A stretch of DNA of 64,000 nucleotides from an uncultured Pseudomonadota bacterium (GTDB lineage: Bacteria; Oederibacteriota; Muellerivitia; Muellerivitales; Muellerivitaceae), in contig CAVYRH010000008.1 in NCBI GenBank assembly GCA_963770835.1, forward strand, positions 160,001 to 224,000, in the 5' to 3' direction. Within the stretch, counting starts at the first letter, position 1; every line of letters begins with the position of its first letter. Of the stretch, positions 50,819 to 60,977 are shown one piece after another. The notes beneath the pieces are model-generated. The model saw only the letters and a list, made by a program, of their open reading frames with translations, searched no databases and had not been told where the DNA came from. The position numbers were made by a program, and so were the translations under genes.

Positions 50819-53401
50819 CTATTTCAAAACAACCAGGAGCGCCGAAAAGGCGGGCACTTCGATCTCCACCTTGGGGCCCGTGGCAGCTATTTCCCCCGAG
50901 TCGTAAAGCCGCTTCCCCGCCGTCTCGGCCAGGGTGTAAACGTGGTAGGACTTCGCCGCCACCGGCATTTCCAAGGCGGTGTCGATTTCCGAATCGTGGT
51001 TCTTGTTGACCAGGACCACGAAGGTTTTGACTCCGTCCCTGGCCGCGAAGGAATAAAGGTCCGGCGAGGAGCTGGTGCTGTTCACGTAGTTCCCGCCAAC
51101 CCTGTCGCCCTGCCCGTCGTAGTTGCTATAAAGCCGGTGCCCGAAAAAGGTCCAGTTGCCGTCCGTAGTTGAACCCCAATCGCAGGCCATATCCATTCCC
51201 TCACGCATGAAGATTCCCAGGTTCACGGCCTCCAGCAAACTCCCGTGGTAATAGTGGGAACTGGCCGGGTAATACTCGGTCATGGAAAGCTTGGTGCCGG
51301 GATAATCCTCCGCGATCATTTTTTTCAACTTGGGGATCAAGCCCACCCATGGGTCCCAAAGGTAGGGCTTGTTGCCCGGATTCGCGCACCAGCTGTCAGG
51401 GCTCTCGAAAGTGGGGTCCCAGAAAATCCGCATGGCCTCAAACTGTTTGGGCGTCAACACCGGATCGTAAGCGAAATCGCCTAGCACATTGACCTTGTTG
51501 CCCTTGCCGTCAGTGCCCCAAACCTCGGGGAAGCCGTGGTCGTCCACGTAATCGATCAGGCGTTTGCCGGCCAGTTTCGAGCGTTTGGCCATTCCCTTGA
51601 GGAAATACTCCAATTGGGTGATATTGCCATGGGCCTTGCGGTCGGTCCACTTTTCCCCATCCCCTTCTTTTTTATAGCCTTTCTCGCCGCCCGGCATGTA
51701 ATCCCAGGGCGAACCCGCCAGTTCCATGACGCCCCAAGCCGTAAAGCCGATCACTTGGGCGTTGGGATCCGTGGTCTTCACGGCCGCCGCGTATTTGGCG
51801 TTCAGGTCCACCAGGTCGTCGAAACCGATGCCCTTGGGGACCACATCCCGATGGTTCTCGTTCCACAATCCAGGTTCATTGTCCATCTGGTAGAACCTCA
51901 CCCCGCCCTTGGACGAGGAGCCGAAGTCTTGAATCAGGGTCTTGACCCATTCCGCCTGGTCTTTCGGCGTCGAAGGGAGGTAGTTGTAATTCGGGTCATT
52001 GCCCCATAATTTCTTGCCGTCTGCCGTTTCTCCCTTGCCCAATCCCGGTTCGCCACCGGGGGCTTCGGTCGGGAAAAGCGACAAGGGAAAGGAACCGAAC
52101 TTCGCCCCGCCTGCGGGCGGGGCCTTCGCTACCCAGCCGCTGATGGGGATGGTGATGATGGGGGTAGCTCCACCGGAAAACGTGTCTTGGACGAATTTAT
52201 AATAACGCTTGTCCTTTTCGGCGATGCCAACCGGCCCGCCGCTGTTCAAATAAAACCAATCGGCACCATGGTTGTCGGCGTCGTCCTTCCAGTTGTAACC
52301 GGTGGTGTCGTTACCTCCCCAGCGGTTGACGATACCGCCCACTTTTTTAAGGGTCTCACCATCGAGGTAATTGAACCCGTAGATGTAAGGGGAAATGGCG
52401 TGTCCGTCCTTGGCTGAGACCGAAACCACGGCCGTGGCCACCGCCTTGGGGTTCAAGAGGACCGTTACCGACTGGTAGGAAGAAGTCTGTTTGTCGTTGG
52501 CCGAAGCCACGCTCACCACGTGGCTGCCGTTACCCGGAAGCGCCGAGGGCGGCAGCTTGACGCGCCGCTTTTCCCCGCCGTCCACCCGGCCCACCACTTT
52601 GCCGTCCACTTCCACCAGGTATCGCGTGATGCCTGAATCGTCGGCTTTGTCCCAAACCACCTCCACGCCGCCCGGCACTTTGACCCAGCCCAGGTTTTCC
52701 ACGGGAGTGACCAGTTGGGTGTCGGTAAAATAGATTTTATCGATATCCACGTAGACGAGCTTGTTTTCCGGGTAGCTGCCAGCAAGGTCAAACCGGATGG
52801 TCTTGACCTGGGTCATATCAAGCTTGGAGAGGCTGGGCAGGGCCGCGATGGGGATCACCACCTGCGTCCAATCCGCGCCGATCTGGTGCCCTTCCGCGAA
52901 ATCGCTCACCTTAACATTGCCGGTTTGGGCGGAGTCCGAGGTGCCGGTCAAAGCCAGGTTGAAATCCACCCCTGGCGCGTTGGTCTTGGCGTAAAAGACC
53001 AGGTACTTGGCCTGGGAAAAATCCAGTGAACTCCAGGAATTATTGAAAGCCAGCCCGCCGCCCGACCACATCTGGCCCCAGAACTTGTCGTTGGGTTTGG
53101 TCACCCAAGTGAATTCGTAGGCCAGGCATTTGCCTGTGTCCTCGCCGTCATAAACCACCCAATTGGAATGGTCCCCCAGGGTTTTGGAGTCGATCTTTTC
53201 CTTGCAAACGTCGTCGCGGAGGACGAATTGATGCTTGTCACCCACGCAAACGATGCTCACGCCCCCCTTTCCGTCCTTGCCCGAGGCGTCCATCCAACAA
53301 GGGCCATAAAACTGGATTTCATCGTCCGCCCGCGCGGGGACCATCCCCGCCAGCAGGCTTGTGATAAGAAAACCTCCCAACCAAAGATGGATTCGACGCA
53401 T
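50819..53401 (-). CDS. GH44 endoglucanase/xyloglucanase with an N-terminal CBM-like domain
   Basis: ISPYIYG, NRWGGN..YNW, YQMDNEP and SMTEY. Confidence 0.9.
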   Translation of the reverse strand: MRRIHLWLGGFLITSLLAGMVPARADDEIQFYGPCWMDASGKDGKGGVSIVCVGDKHQFVLRDDVCKEKIDSKTLGDHSNWVVYDGEDTGKCLAYEFTWVTKPNDKFWGQMWSGGGLAFNNSWSSLDFSQAKYLVFYAKTNAPGVDFNLALTGTSDSAQTGNVKVSDFAEGHQIGADWTQVVIPIAALPSLSKLDMTQVKTIRFDLAGSYPENKLVYVDIDKIYFTDTQLVTPVENLGWVKVPGGVEVVWDKADDSGITRYLVEVDGKVVGRVDGGEKRRVKLPPSALPGNGSHVVSVASANDKQTSSYQSVTVLLNPKAVATAVVSVSAKDGHAISPYIYGFNYLDGETLKKVGGIVNRWGGNDTTGYNWKDDADNHGADWFYLNSGGPVGIAEKDKRYYKFVQDTFSGGATPIITIPISGWVAKAPPAGGAKFGSFPLSLFPTEAPGGEPGLGKGETADGKKLWGNDPNYNYLPSTPKDQAEWVKTLIQDFGSSSKGGVRFYQMDNEPGLWNENHRDVVPKGIGFDDLVDLNAKYAAAVKTTDPNAQVIGFTAWGVMELAGSPWDYMPGGEKGYKKEGDGEKWTDRKAHGNITQLEYFLKGMAKRSKLAGKRLIDYVDDHGFPEVWGTDGKGNKVNVLGDFAYDPVLTPKQFEAMRIFWDPTFESPDSWCANPGNKPYLWDPWVGLIPKLKKMIAEDYPGTKLSMTEYYPASSHYYHGSLLEAVNLGIFMREGMDMACDWGSTTDGNWTFFGHRLYSNYDGQGDRVGGNYVNSTSSSPDLYSFAARDGVKTFVVLVNKNHDSEIDTALEMPVAAKSYHVYTLAETAGKRLYDSGEIAATGPKVEIEVPAFSALLVVLK

Positions 53402-53419
53402 GGACCAACCTCCTTAAAG

Positions 53420-53540
53420 TCAGCCATTAGCTTTTAGCTGATGGCGGTTAGCAACAAATTCTAAAAGCCAAACAAAACCTTACGAAAGTTCCGAGGATTT
53501 TCGACCCTAGCTAAAAACCAACAGCTAACGGCTATCGGCT
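53420..53540. repeat. Inverted heptamer-repeat element
   Basis: AGCCATT AGCTTTT AGCTGAT..versus AGCTAAC GGCTATC GGCT. Confidence 0.6.
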
Positions 53541-54823
53541 TACTTATTGAAGTACTTCTTATTAATATCCGCCGTCAGCTTGGGCAGGACCTCCGCGGGG
53601 GTCTTTTCCCCTTCCCAAACCGGGTCCAACGCCGGCCCCACTTGGCCGTACCAGATTTCATCCCAATTTTTGAGGAAAGGGGAGAAGTGGGAATATTGGG
53701 GCATGTCCAGGAGGATCTTCTTGTTCGGCGGCTCTGGATTTTTCAGGAAGGCGTCGGACTCGGCGACTTTCACCAGGGCGGGCTGGATCAAGCCCGTGGC
53801 CGCCATTTTCGACTCCAGATCCGCTCCCGCGATTTCCTTCAAGACCCTCCAGGCCTTTTCCTTGTCCTTGCAACCGCTCCAGATGGCGTAACCCGTACCC
53901 CCCGTGCCCCAACCGCGCTTACCCGTGGGTCCCTTGGGGAACTCCACCACGTCGAAAGACAGGCCTTTTTCCACAAAAGAGGGGGTATGCCAGATTCCCG
54001 AGCACATCATGGCCACCTGGCCGTTGAGGAACATATCCGCCGCCCCGTTGCCGAAGTTGAAACCCTGGATTTCACTGGGCGTCGGCGACACGTGCCACTT
54101 GTAGATCATGTCGTAACGGAACTGGTAGGCCTCCAGGGCCTGGGGGCTGTCCAGGGCCAGGCGGGTGGGGTTCGTTTCACTGTCCATGAAATAGCCGCCG
54201 TCGCTCAAAAGAAAAACATCCGCGGCGGTGCCGTAAGGGTCCGCATAGGCCCAACGGGTGATCTTACCGGCGGCGTCTTTTTTCACCAGTTTCTGGCAAA
54301 GGGACAGGAAGGGCTCGGGCCACTGGAGCTTATCGGTGGGATAGGGCACCCCCGCTTCATCGAAGACCTTCTTGTTGTAATAAAGAAGGCCCACGGGGGC
54401 GATGTCGGAAGGAAGGGCGTAAATCTCGCCGCCCGGGCTGAAGCGGGCAAGGATAGTGGGGAAATAATCCTTGGGGTCCATGTTGTCCCGCTTGAAATAG
54501 GGCGTCAGGTCCTCAAAAGCCCCCCGCATGTACATGTCGGAAAACCGGCTGGTTTCCACGCTGATGATGTCGGGCGCGTCGTTCGCCGCCATCTCTACGG
54601 TAATCTTGTCCTGGTATTCGTTATAAGGAATGTTTTCCACCACAATCTTAAGGCCGGGGTATTTGGTTTCGATTCCCCGGATGGCTTCGGAGATGAGCTG
54701 CACCACCTGGCGGTCGGTGGCGAAAATGGAAACCCGGATAGGTTTCTCCTTGTGCATGCAACCCAAGCCCCCTAAAAGGCAGGCGGCCGCCGCCAGGAAA
54801 AACACCGGCAAAAATTTCCGCAT
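53540..54823 (-). CDS. Sugar ABC transporter substrate-binding lipoprotein
   Basis: Lipobox LGC; APDII, LYYNKKVFDEAGV and FLNGQVAM. Confidence 0.92.
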   Translation of the reverse strand: MRKFLPVFFLAAAACLLGGLGCMHKEKPIRVSIFATDRQVVQLISEAIRGIETKYPGLKIVVENIPYNEYQDKITVEMAANDAPDIISVETSRFSDMYMRGAFEDLTPYFKRDNMDPKDYFPTILARFSPGGEIYALPSDIAPVGLLYYNKKVFDEAGVPYPTDKLQWPEPFLSLCQKLVKKDAAGKITRWAYADPYGTAADVFLLSDGGYFMDSETNPTRLALDSPQALEAYQFRYDMIYKWHVSPTPSEIQGFNFGNGAADMFLNGQVAMMCSGIWHTPSFVEKGLSFDVVEFPKGPTGKRGWGTGGTGYAIWSGCKDKEKAWRVLKEIAGADLESKMAATGLIQPALVKVAESDAFLKNPEPPNKKILLDMPQYSHFSPFLKNWDEIWYGQVGPALDPVWEGEKTPAEVLPKLTADINKKYFNK

Positions 54824-55045
54824 GAAAACCTCCGTCAAGAAATGGCCTTTAGAAGCATAGCCAAGAACCCCTTCCTTTTCTATGACCAAGGACATTCCCT
54901 TGTTAGAATCGCGTGAAACTTTTTCACTTTAGTTTCTCCGGTTTTCACCCTTTTGATTGAAGGGCATGGGAAAGATGTCATAATTCCTTCTTGCCATGAC
55001 CGCCCCGATTTCTCATCCAATGATCCCGCTTCACAAGGAGGATTC

Positions 55046-57922
55046 ATGTCGTTTAAGAAATCCATCTTCCTGTTGGGGATCCTTCTTCCGATGACCGCCC
55101 TTTCCGCCACCTCCCAAGAACGCCAAAGAATCAATTTCGACGCCGGCTGGAAGTTCCATTTGGGACCCATGCCGGGCTCAGATATAGACAACGGCTACCT
55201 GATCCCCAAATGGCGTTACCTGGACATGGGCAAAGACAAACCCGCCGATGAAAGCCCCGCAGGGCCCAATGTGAACACGCAAAGCGCCGGATGGAAGAAC
55301 GCGGAAAACGGCCAGGACGTCTTCAATAACCAGCCCGGCTGGGCCTGGTTCCGGGCCGACCTGCCCGATGTCCCTGGCCCCCTGGCCAGAGGCCCTCAAG
55401 CCGAGGGCCAAGCTTCGATGAATTCTATCGCCCTTGACCGCGATAGCGGACAACGGGTGGGTGTGCCGGGACTAGGGGCACAGCCCCAAAAAGGTCCCGG
55501 CCCCCACCGGATGCTATGGTTCCAAGCCATCGACGACAACGGGACGATCTACCTGAATGGCCAAAAGCTGCTGTATCACCAGGGCTGGAACGACAGCTTC
55601 GAGGTGAACCTGGACAAAGCCTGGAAGGAAGGCGGCCCCAACCAACTGGCCGTCCTAGTGGAAAATACCTATGGGGCTGGTTATATAAAGGAAACTTACT
55701 TGCGGACCATCGGCCAGGAAGAACCCGTTCCCCCCGTGGCCGCCGCCGGTTTTGACGATACAGAGTGGCGGTCCCTGCACCTGCCCCACGACTTCGTAGT
55801 AGAAGGGACTTTCGATCCTAAGGGGGACGGATCCCACGGCTTCCTGCCCAAGAATGTCGGCTGGTACCGGAAGACCTTTGATGTTCCAGCCTCCGCAAAG
55901 GGTCAAAGCCTCTGGGTCGACTTCGACGGCATCTACCGCGACAGCCGGGTCTGGCTGAACGGTAAGCTCCTGGGCCATCACTTGAGCGGCTACACCGGCT
56001 TCCGTTACGACATCACCGACACCGTTAATTACGGTGGTAAAAACGTCCTCACAGTTTACGCGGATGCCCGCGGCTCCGAGGGCTGGTGGTATGAGGGCGG
56101 CGGCATTTACCGGCATGTCTGGCTCACCGTGGCCAATCCCTTGCACGTGGCGCCATGGGGAACATATGTGGTGGCGGCCCCCAAAGGCCGCCAAGCGGAT
56201 TTGGCTTTGGAAACCACCGTGGACAACCAAACCGGGGCTGCCGTTTCCTTCAACCTGGTTTCGGAAATCACGGATGCCAAAGGTAAAAAAGTCCTAACCC
56301 TTTCCACAACCTGCAAACTCCCCAAAGGGTCCACAAAGGCCTTCACCCAAAAAGGCCGGATCACCAAGGCTATCTTATGGTCCCTGGAAAACCCTCATTT
56401 ATATACCTGGACCGTCCGTATTGAAAAAGGCCGGCAGGCTTTGGACCAGGTCGATACCAACTTCGGTGTCCGTTCTTTCCGTTTTGACGCCGATAAGGGT
56501 TTCTTCCTCAACGGCAAACCGGTCAAGATCAAGGGCACTTGCAACCACCAGGACTTCGCGGGGGTTGGCACCGCCATTCCCGACCGCCTCTTCACCTATC
56601 GCCTGGAAAAATTGAAGGAGATGGGTTCCAACGCCTACCGCTGTTCCCACAACCCTCCCGCCCCCGAACTACTGAACGAATGCGACCGATTGGGCATCAT
56701 GGTCATGGACGAAAACCGCAGGCTTGGCGATACGCCCGAAGTTCTTTCCCAGGTTGAAAGCATGGTGCTCCGTGACCGCAACCACCCCAGCGTCCTCTGG
56801 TGGTCTCTCTGCAACGAGGAACCCCTTCAAGGAACCCCTGAGGGCAAAAAGCGGGGTCTGGCCATGGAAAAAGTGATCTTGGGCCTCGACAAGACCCGCA
56901 TCATCACCTGCGCCATGAACTATGGTTGGGGGCCTGGCGGCCTCTCCGACATCGTGGAGGCACAGGGATTCAATTATGCCGTCGACCAGTACGAACTTTA
57001 TCGCGGAAAGCATCCCAAGATGCCTTTATATGGAAGCGAAACCGCTAGCACCGTTTCCACGCGCGGCGTTTACGAAACCGACCGCCAGCTGGGCTACGTT
57101 AGCGCCTATGACGTGAACCATACCGAATGGGCCTATACCGCCGAGGCGGCCTGGAGGCCTATCGCCGAGCGTCCCTGGATGGCCGGGGGCTTTGTCTGGA
57201 CCGGCTTCGACTATCGGGGCGAACCTACCCCCTACAACTGGCCCTGCGTCAACTCCCACTTCGGCATCTTGGACATGTGCGGGTTCCCGAAGGATAACTT
57301 CTATTATTACCAGGCTTGGTGGGGCGATAAACCCATCCTGCACCTCTTCCCCCATTGGAATTGGAAGGGCAAGGAAGGTAAACAGGTCGATGTTTGGTGC
57401 CACACCAATTACGATCTGGTCGAGTTGTTCCTGAACGGCAAATCCTTGGGTAAACAGGAGACCCCCCGCAACGGCCATTTGGAATGGAAGGTTTGGTATG
57501 AACCGGGTATCTTGACGGCCAAAGCCTATAACAAGGGTGTTTATGTCACCGAAGCCTCCGTGGAAACCACGGGCGAGCCCGCTTCAATCCGTTTGAAGCC
57601 TTATGTGACGGAGTTGAAAGCCGACGGCGAGGACACAACCCCTGTCGCGGTAGAAATATTGGATGAAAAGGGCCGGGTGGTGCCGATGGCGGATAACGAA
57701 GTGGCCTTCAGCGTGACAGGCGCCGGGCACATCGCGGGCGTGGCCAACGGCGACCCTTCCAGCCACGAACCGGACAAGGCGGAAAAGCGCAAGGCCTTCA
57801 ATGGATTGTGCATGGTACTGGTTCAAACCGAGGACGGCAAAGCGGGGGAAATCAATTTGACTGCACAGTCGCCGGGATTAAAAAGTTCCACTTTAAAGCT
57901 ATCTTCGATAGCTCTTAAATAG
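55046..57922 (+). CDS. GH2 beta-galactosidase
   Basis: LPHDF, GWYRKTF, GGIYR, KGTCNHQD, RCSHNP, RDRNHPS..CNEE and WTGFDYRGEP. Confidence 0.95.
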   Translation: MSFKKSIFLLGILLPMTALSATSQERQRINFDAGWKFHLGPMPGSDIDNGYLIPKWRYLDMGKDKPADESPAGPNVNTQSAGWKNAENGQDVFNNQPGWAWFRADLPDVPGPLARGPQAEGQASMNSIALDRDSGQRVGVPGLGAQPQKGPGPHRMLWFQAIDDNGTIYLNGQKLLYHQGWNDSFEVNLDKAWKEGGPNQLAVLVENTYGAGYIKETYLRTIGQEEPVPPVAAAGFDDTEWRSLHLPHDFVVEGTFDPKGDGSHGFLPKNVGWYRKTFDVPASAKGQSLWVDFDGIYRDSRVWLNGKLLGHHLSGYTGFRYDITDTVNYGGKNVLTVYADARGSEGWWYEGGGIYRHVWLTVANPLHVAPWGTYVVAAPKGRQADLALETTVDNQTGAAVSFNLVSEITDAKGKKVLTLSTTCKLPKGSTKAFTQKGRITKAILWSLENPHLYTWTVRIEKGRQALDQVDTNFGVRSFRFDADKGFFLNGKPVKIKGTCNHQDFAGVGTAIPDRLFTYRLEKLKEMGSNAYRCSHNPPAPELLNECDRLGIMVMDENRRLGDTPEVLSQVESMVLRDRNHPSVLWWSLCNEEPLQGTPEGKKRGLAMEKVILGLDKTRIITCAMNYGWGPGGLSDIVEAQGFNYAVDQYELYRGKHPKMPLYGSETASTVSTRGVYETDRQLGYVSAYDVNHTEWAYTAEAAWRPIAERPWMAGGFVWTGFDYRGEPTPYNWPCVNSHFGILDMCGFPKDNFYYYQAWWGDKPILHLFPHWNWKGKEGKQVDVWCHTNYDLVELFLNGKSLGKQETPRNGHLEWKVWYEPGILTAKAYNKGVYVTEASVETTGEPASIRLKPYVTELKADGEDTTPVAVEILDEKGRVVPMADNEVAFSVTGAGHIAGVANGDPSSHEPDKAEKRKAFNGLCMVLVQTEDGKAGEINLTAQSPGLKSSTLKLSSIALK
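55383..55505. repeat. In-frame 123-bp palindromic insertion inside GH2
   Basis: Flanking near-direct repeats CCTGGCCCCC/CCCGGCCCCC; three hairpins. Confidence 0.65.
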
Positions 57923-57924
57923 CT

Positions 57925-58344
57925 GTCATTGCGAGGAGCGCTTTTCATTGGTTTTAGCGACGAAGCAACCTCAGTTCATGGGTAAAAATAATGCCGTTTT
58001 ATGTTTATATAACCGCCAACCGAAACAATACGGTACTTTATACCGGAGTTACCAACAATTTTAAAAAACGGATTGCCGAACACAAACTGAAATTACATCC
58101 AGGCTTCACCAAGAAATATAACGTTAATAAGTTGGTCTATTACGAAGTGTTCGAGCATTTAAAAGATGCGATAAGCCGTGAAAAACAAATAAAAGGCGGT
58201 TCAAGGCAGAAAAAAGTCGATTTGATTAGAAACATCAATCGGAAATACGAGGATTTGACATCAAAACTTTGAAAGGCGAAGCAGCAGCTTAAACAACCCA
58301 TGAACTGAGGTTGCTTCGTCGCGAAGTTCGCTCCTCGCAATGAC
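57925..58344. mobile_element. GIY-YIG gene bracketed by GTCATTGCGAG inverted repeats
   Basis: Perfect 16-bp outer and 27-bp inner inverted repeats. Confidence 0.75.
57991..58272 (+). CDS. GIY-YIG nuclease (small, YhbQ/UPF0213-like)
   Basis: YVYI..LYTGVT..RIAEH..FTKKY..LVYYE..AISREKQIK; AT-rich. Confidence 0.95.
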   Translation: MPFYVYITANRNNTVLYTGVTNNFKKRIAEHKLKLHPGFTKKYNVNKLVYYEVFEHLKDAISREKQIKGGSRQKKVDLIRNINRKYEDLTSKL

Positions 58345-58392
58345 CGCAAATTAAATTTTTCTATCGGCTATCGCCGATAGAAAGGAGCCATT

Positions 58393-60708
58393 ATGAAAGA
58401 GTATCCCTACCCCTTGTTGAACCACCCCGTCGACATCAGCCGGTCCTTTTCCAACCTCGAAAACACCATGTTCCTTCCCGAAAAGCTCGGCACCTACAAC
58501 GCCGCCAAGGCCCAAGGCGACATCCTTTGGGGCCGTTACGCCTATAAGGTCCGCATGGCCTTCAACCAGGAAAGCATTAACCTCATCCCCACGCAACCCT
58601 GGGAATTCCCCTCCGAGTACGGCGGCGAGAAGGAACCCTATCCCTTCTCCATCACTTTTTACGGGGACCGCACCCTGCGCCTGAGGTTCCGCGGCCGCAC
58701 CACGCCCCGCGTTGCAAAGGAGCCGTCCCTGATGTTCGCCAAGGAACCCAAGCCCACCTCTCCTTGGAAGATCTCCAAGAAAAAGGGCCGCATCACCTAC
58801 CAGGGCAAGGCCGGCTCCGTGACCGTGGTCGAGAACCCCTGGGCACTCGAAATCCGCGATGCCTCGGGCAAACTCTTGACCAAGACGATCCACCTCAAGG
58901 ACAACCGCAGCCTGCGCAATACCGATCCCCTGCCCTTCTCTTTCCAGCGTCCGACGCCCGAATACGGCCGCCAGTTCGCCGCCACCTTTTCCCTGGCCAA
59001 CGACGAGAAAATCTTCGGCTGCGGCGAATCCTTCACGCGACTCAACAAGCGCGGCCAGAAGGTGGTGCTTTCGGCCTACGACTGCCACGGCGTACAGCAC
59101 GACGGCATGTACAAGCCCGTCCCCTTCTTCATGAGCAGCCGGGGCTACGGCATGTTCCTGCACACCAGCGCGCTCGCCACCTTCGACTTCGGCCATTCCT
59201 ACAGCGAAACGACCACCCTTTTCTGCGGCGATGAGGAACTGGACCTCTTCGTCTTCCTGGGCAATCCCAAGGAAGTGCTTTCCGGGTACACTTCCCTGAC
59301 CGGCCGTAGCCCCGTGCCGCCCCTTTGGTCCTTCGGCCTTTGGATGAGCAAATGCACCTACAAATCTGAGAAGGAAGCCCGGGATGTGGCCAGGAAACTG
59401 CGCGAGCATGAAATCCCCTCCGACGTTATCCACCTGGACACGGGTTGGTTCGAGGAGGACTGGCGCTGCGACTACCGCTTCTCCAAAACCCGCTTCAAGA
59501 ACCCGCTCAAGATGATCAAGGACCTGGCCAAGCAGGGTTTCCATATCAGCTTGTGGCAGCTCACCTATTTCAACCCCAAGAACCGCCTCTTTAAGGAGAT
59601 CATCGAGAACAAATTGGCGGTCACTGACGGCAAGGGAACCCTGCCCACCGAGGACGCCACGCTGGATTTCAGCAACCCCAAGACCGTCAAGTGGTACCAG
59701 AAGAACCTAGCGGGCCTTTTGAAGATGGGCGTTGGCGCCATCAAGGCGGATTTCGGCGAGGGCGCGCCCCTGAAAGGCGTCTACCATTCGGGCATGACAG
59801 GCTTTGAGGAACACAACTACTACCCCCTACGCTACAACAAGGCCGCAGGGGACATCACCAGGCAGGTCACGGGCGAGAACATCATCTGGGCCCGTAGCGC
59901 CTGGGCGGGAAGCCAGCGCTATCCCCTGCACTGGGGCGGCGACGCCGAATGCTCCTACGGGGGCATGCTGGGCTCCCTCCGCGGCGGGCTGTCTTTCGGG
60001 CTGTCGGGCTTTTCCTTCTGGAGCCACGATATCGGCGGCTTCGTGAACGCGCCCACCGAGGAACTTTATAAGCGCTGGGCCGCCTTCGGCCTTTTAACCT
60101 CCCACAGCCGCTGTCACGGTATGTGGCCCCGCGAACCCTGGGTTTTCGGAAAGGCCTTCGAGGACAACTTCCGCCGGACCGTGGAAATGAAATACAAGCT
60201 CATGCCCTATGTCTACGCGCAGGCGGTGGATAGTTCCAAAAAGGGCTTTCCCATGTTGCGGACGCTCTTTTTCGAGTACCCCAACGACCCCACTTCCTGG
60301 CTGATCGAGGACGAATACCTTTTTGGGTCAGACCTCCTGGTCGCGCCTTTATTGGAAGAGGTAAATGAACGGGATGTTTACCTGCCGCCCGGTATCTGGA
60401 TCAACTACCAGACCAAACAAACCTACCGGGGCGGGCAATGGCACAAGATCAAGGCGGGGCCGATTCCCTGCGTCATCCTGGCCCGGGGTGGGTCGGTGAT
60501 ACCCCACCTGGAATTGGCCCAATCCACGAAGGATATGGATTGGTCGAAGATCGAGTTGCGGGCTTACGGAACCAACACTGAAGCCACGGGACTATTCTGC
60601 ATGCCGACCGACAAGGTTCTTCAACCTTTGCATTTGGAGCGGGAAGGAAGCTTCTGGAAGCTGTGGAAGGGCCTGCCGCCAAAGGTGAACTACACCATCA
60701 CTACCTAA
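58393..60708 (+). CDS. yicI: GH31 alpha-xylosidase (YicI-like)
   Basis: WSFGLWMS, IKADFGE, HWGGD, WSHDIGGF and SHSRCHG. Confidence 0.92.
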   Translation: MKEYPYPLLNHPVDISRSFSNLENTMFLPEKLGTYNAAKAQGDILWGRYAYKVRMAFNQESINLIPTQPWEFPSEYGGEKEPYPFSITFYGDRTLRLRFRGRTTPRVAKEPSLMFAKEPKPTSPWKISKKKGRITYQGKAGSVTVVENPWALEIRDASGKLLTKTIHLKDNRSLRNTDPLPFSFQRPTPEYGRQFAATFSLANDEKIFGCGESFTRLNKRGQKVVLSAYDCHGVQHDGMYKPVPFFMSSRGYGMFLHTSALATFDFGHSYSETTTLFCGDEELDLFVFLGNPKEVLSGYTSLTGRSPVPPLWSFGLWMSKCTYKSEKEARDVARKLREHEIPSDVIHLDTGWFEEDWRCDYRFSKTRFKNPLKMIKDLAKQGFHISLWQLTYFNPKNRLFKEIIENKLAVTDGKGTLPTEDATLDFSNPKTVKWYQKNLAGLLKMGVGAIKADFGEGAPLKGVYHSGMTGFEEHNYYPLRYNKAAGDITRQVTGENIIWARSAWAGSQRYPLHWGGDAECSYGGMLGSLRGGLSFGLSGFSFWSHDIGGFVNAPTEELYKRWAAFGLLTSHSRCHGMWPREPWVFGKAFEDNFRRTVEMKYKLMPYVYAQAVDSSKKGFPMLRTLFFEYPNDPTSWLIEDEYLFGSDLLVAPLLEEVNERDVYLPPGIWINYQTKQTYRGGQWHKIKAGPIPCVILARGGSVIPHLELAQSTKDMDWSKIELRAYGTNTEATGLFCMPTDKVLQPLHLEREGSFWKLWKGLPPKVNYTITT

Positions 60709-60726
60709 CAAAAAAATGAGTTAGCT

Positions 60727-60938
60727 GTCATTGCGAGGAATGAGCCCCGAATAGGGGCTCGATCATGACGAAGCAACCTCAGTTCCAAAATATGCCGTTG
60801 TGTGTAACCGACAACCAATGCTTAAACCACCCATGAGCTGAGAAGTGCGGTTGTAGTTGGCCCTTTGGGCCAACCACGGTAGGCCGAAATTCGGCCTACC
60901 GCTTCAAGGCTGCCTCAAAATTCGAAGCTCGCAATAAT
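60727..60938 (+). mobile_element. ~210-bp MITE derived from the GIY-YIG element
   Basis: GTCATTGCGAG..ACGAAGCAACCTCAGTTC; reverse-complement copy at 63600-63808. Confidence 0.8.
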
Positions 60939-60977
60939 ACCCCAAAACAACTATGCATACGAAGGAGGAGGGTTCGA

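Noticed and set aside
54913..54927. Palindrome GTGAAA-CTT-TTTCAC as an operator in the divergent SBP/GH2 promoter
   Set aside because: Only weak similar sites elsewhere (about 50666) and no cognate regulator in the window; insufficient support.
58351..59544. 397-aa - strand ORF
   Set aside because: Antisense shadow of the GH31 gene.
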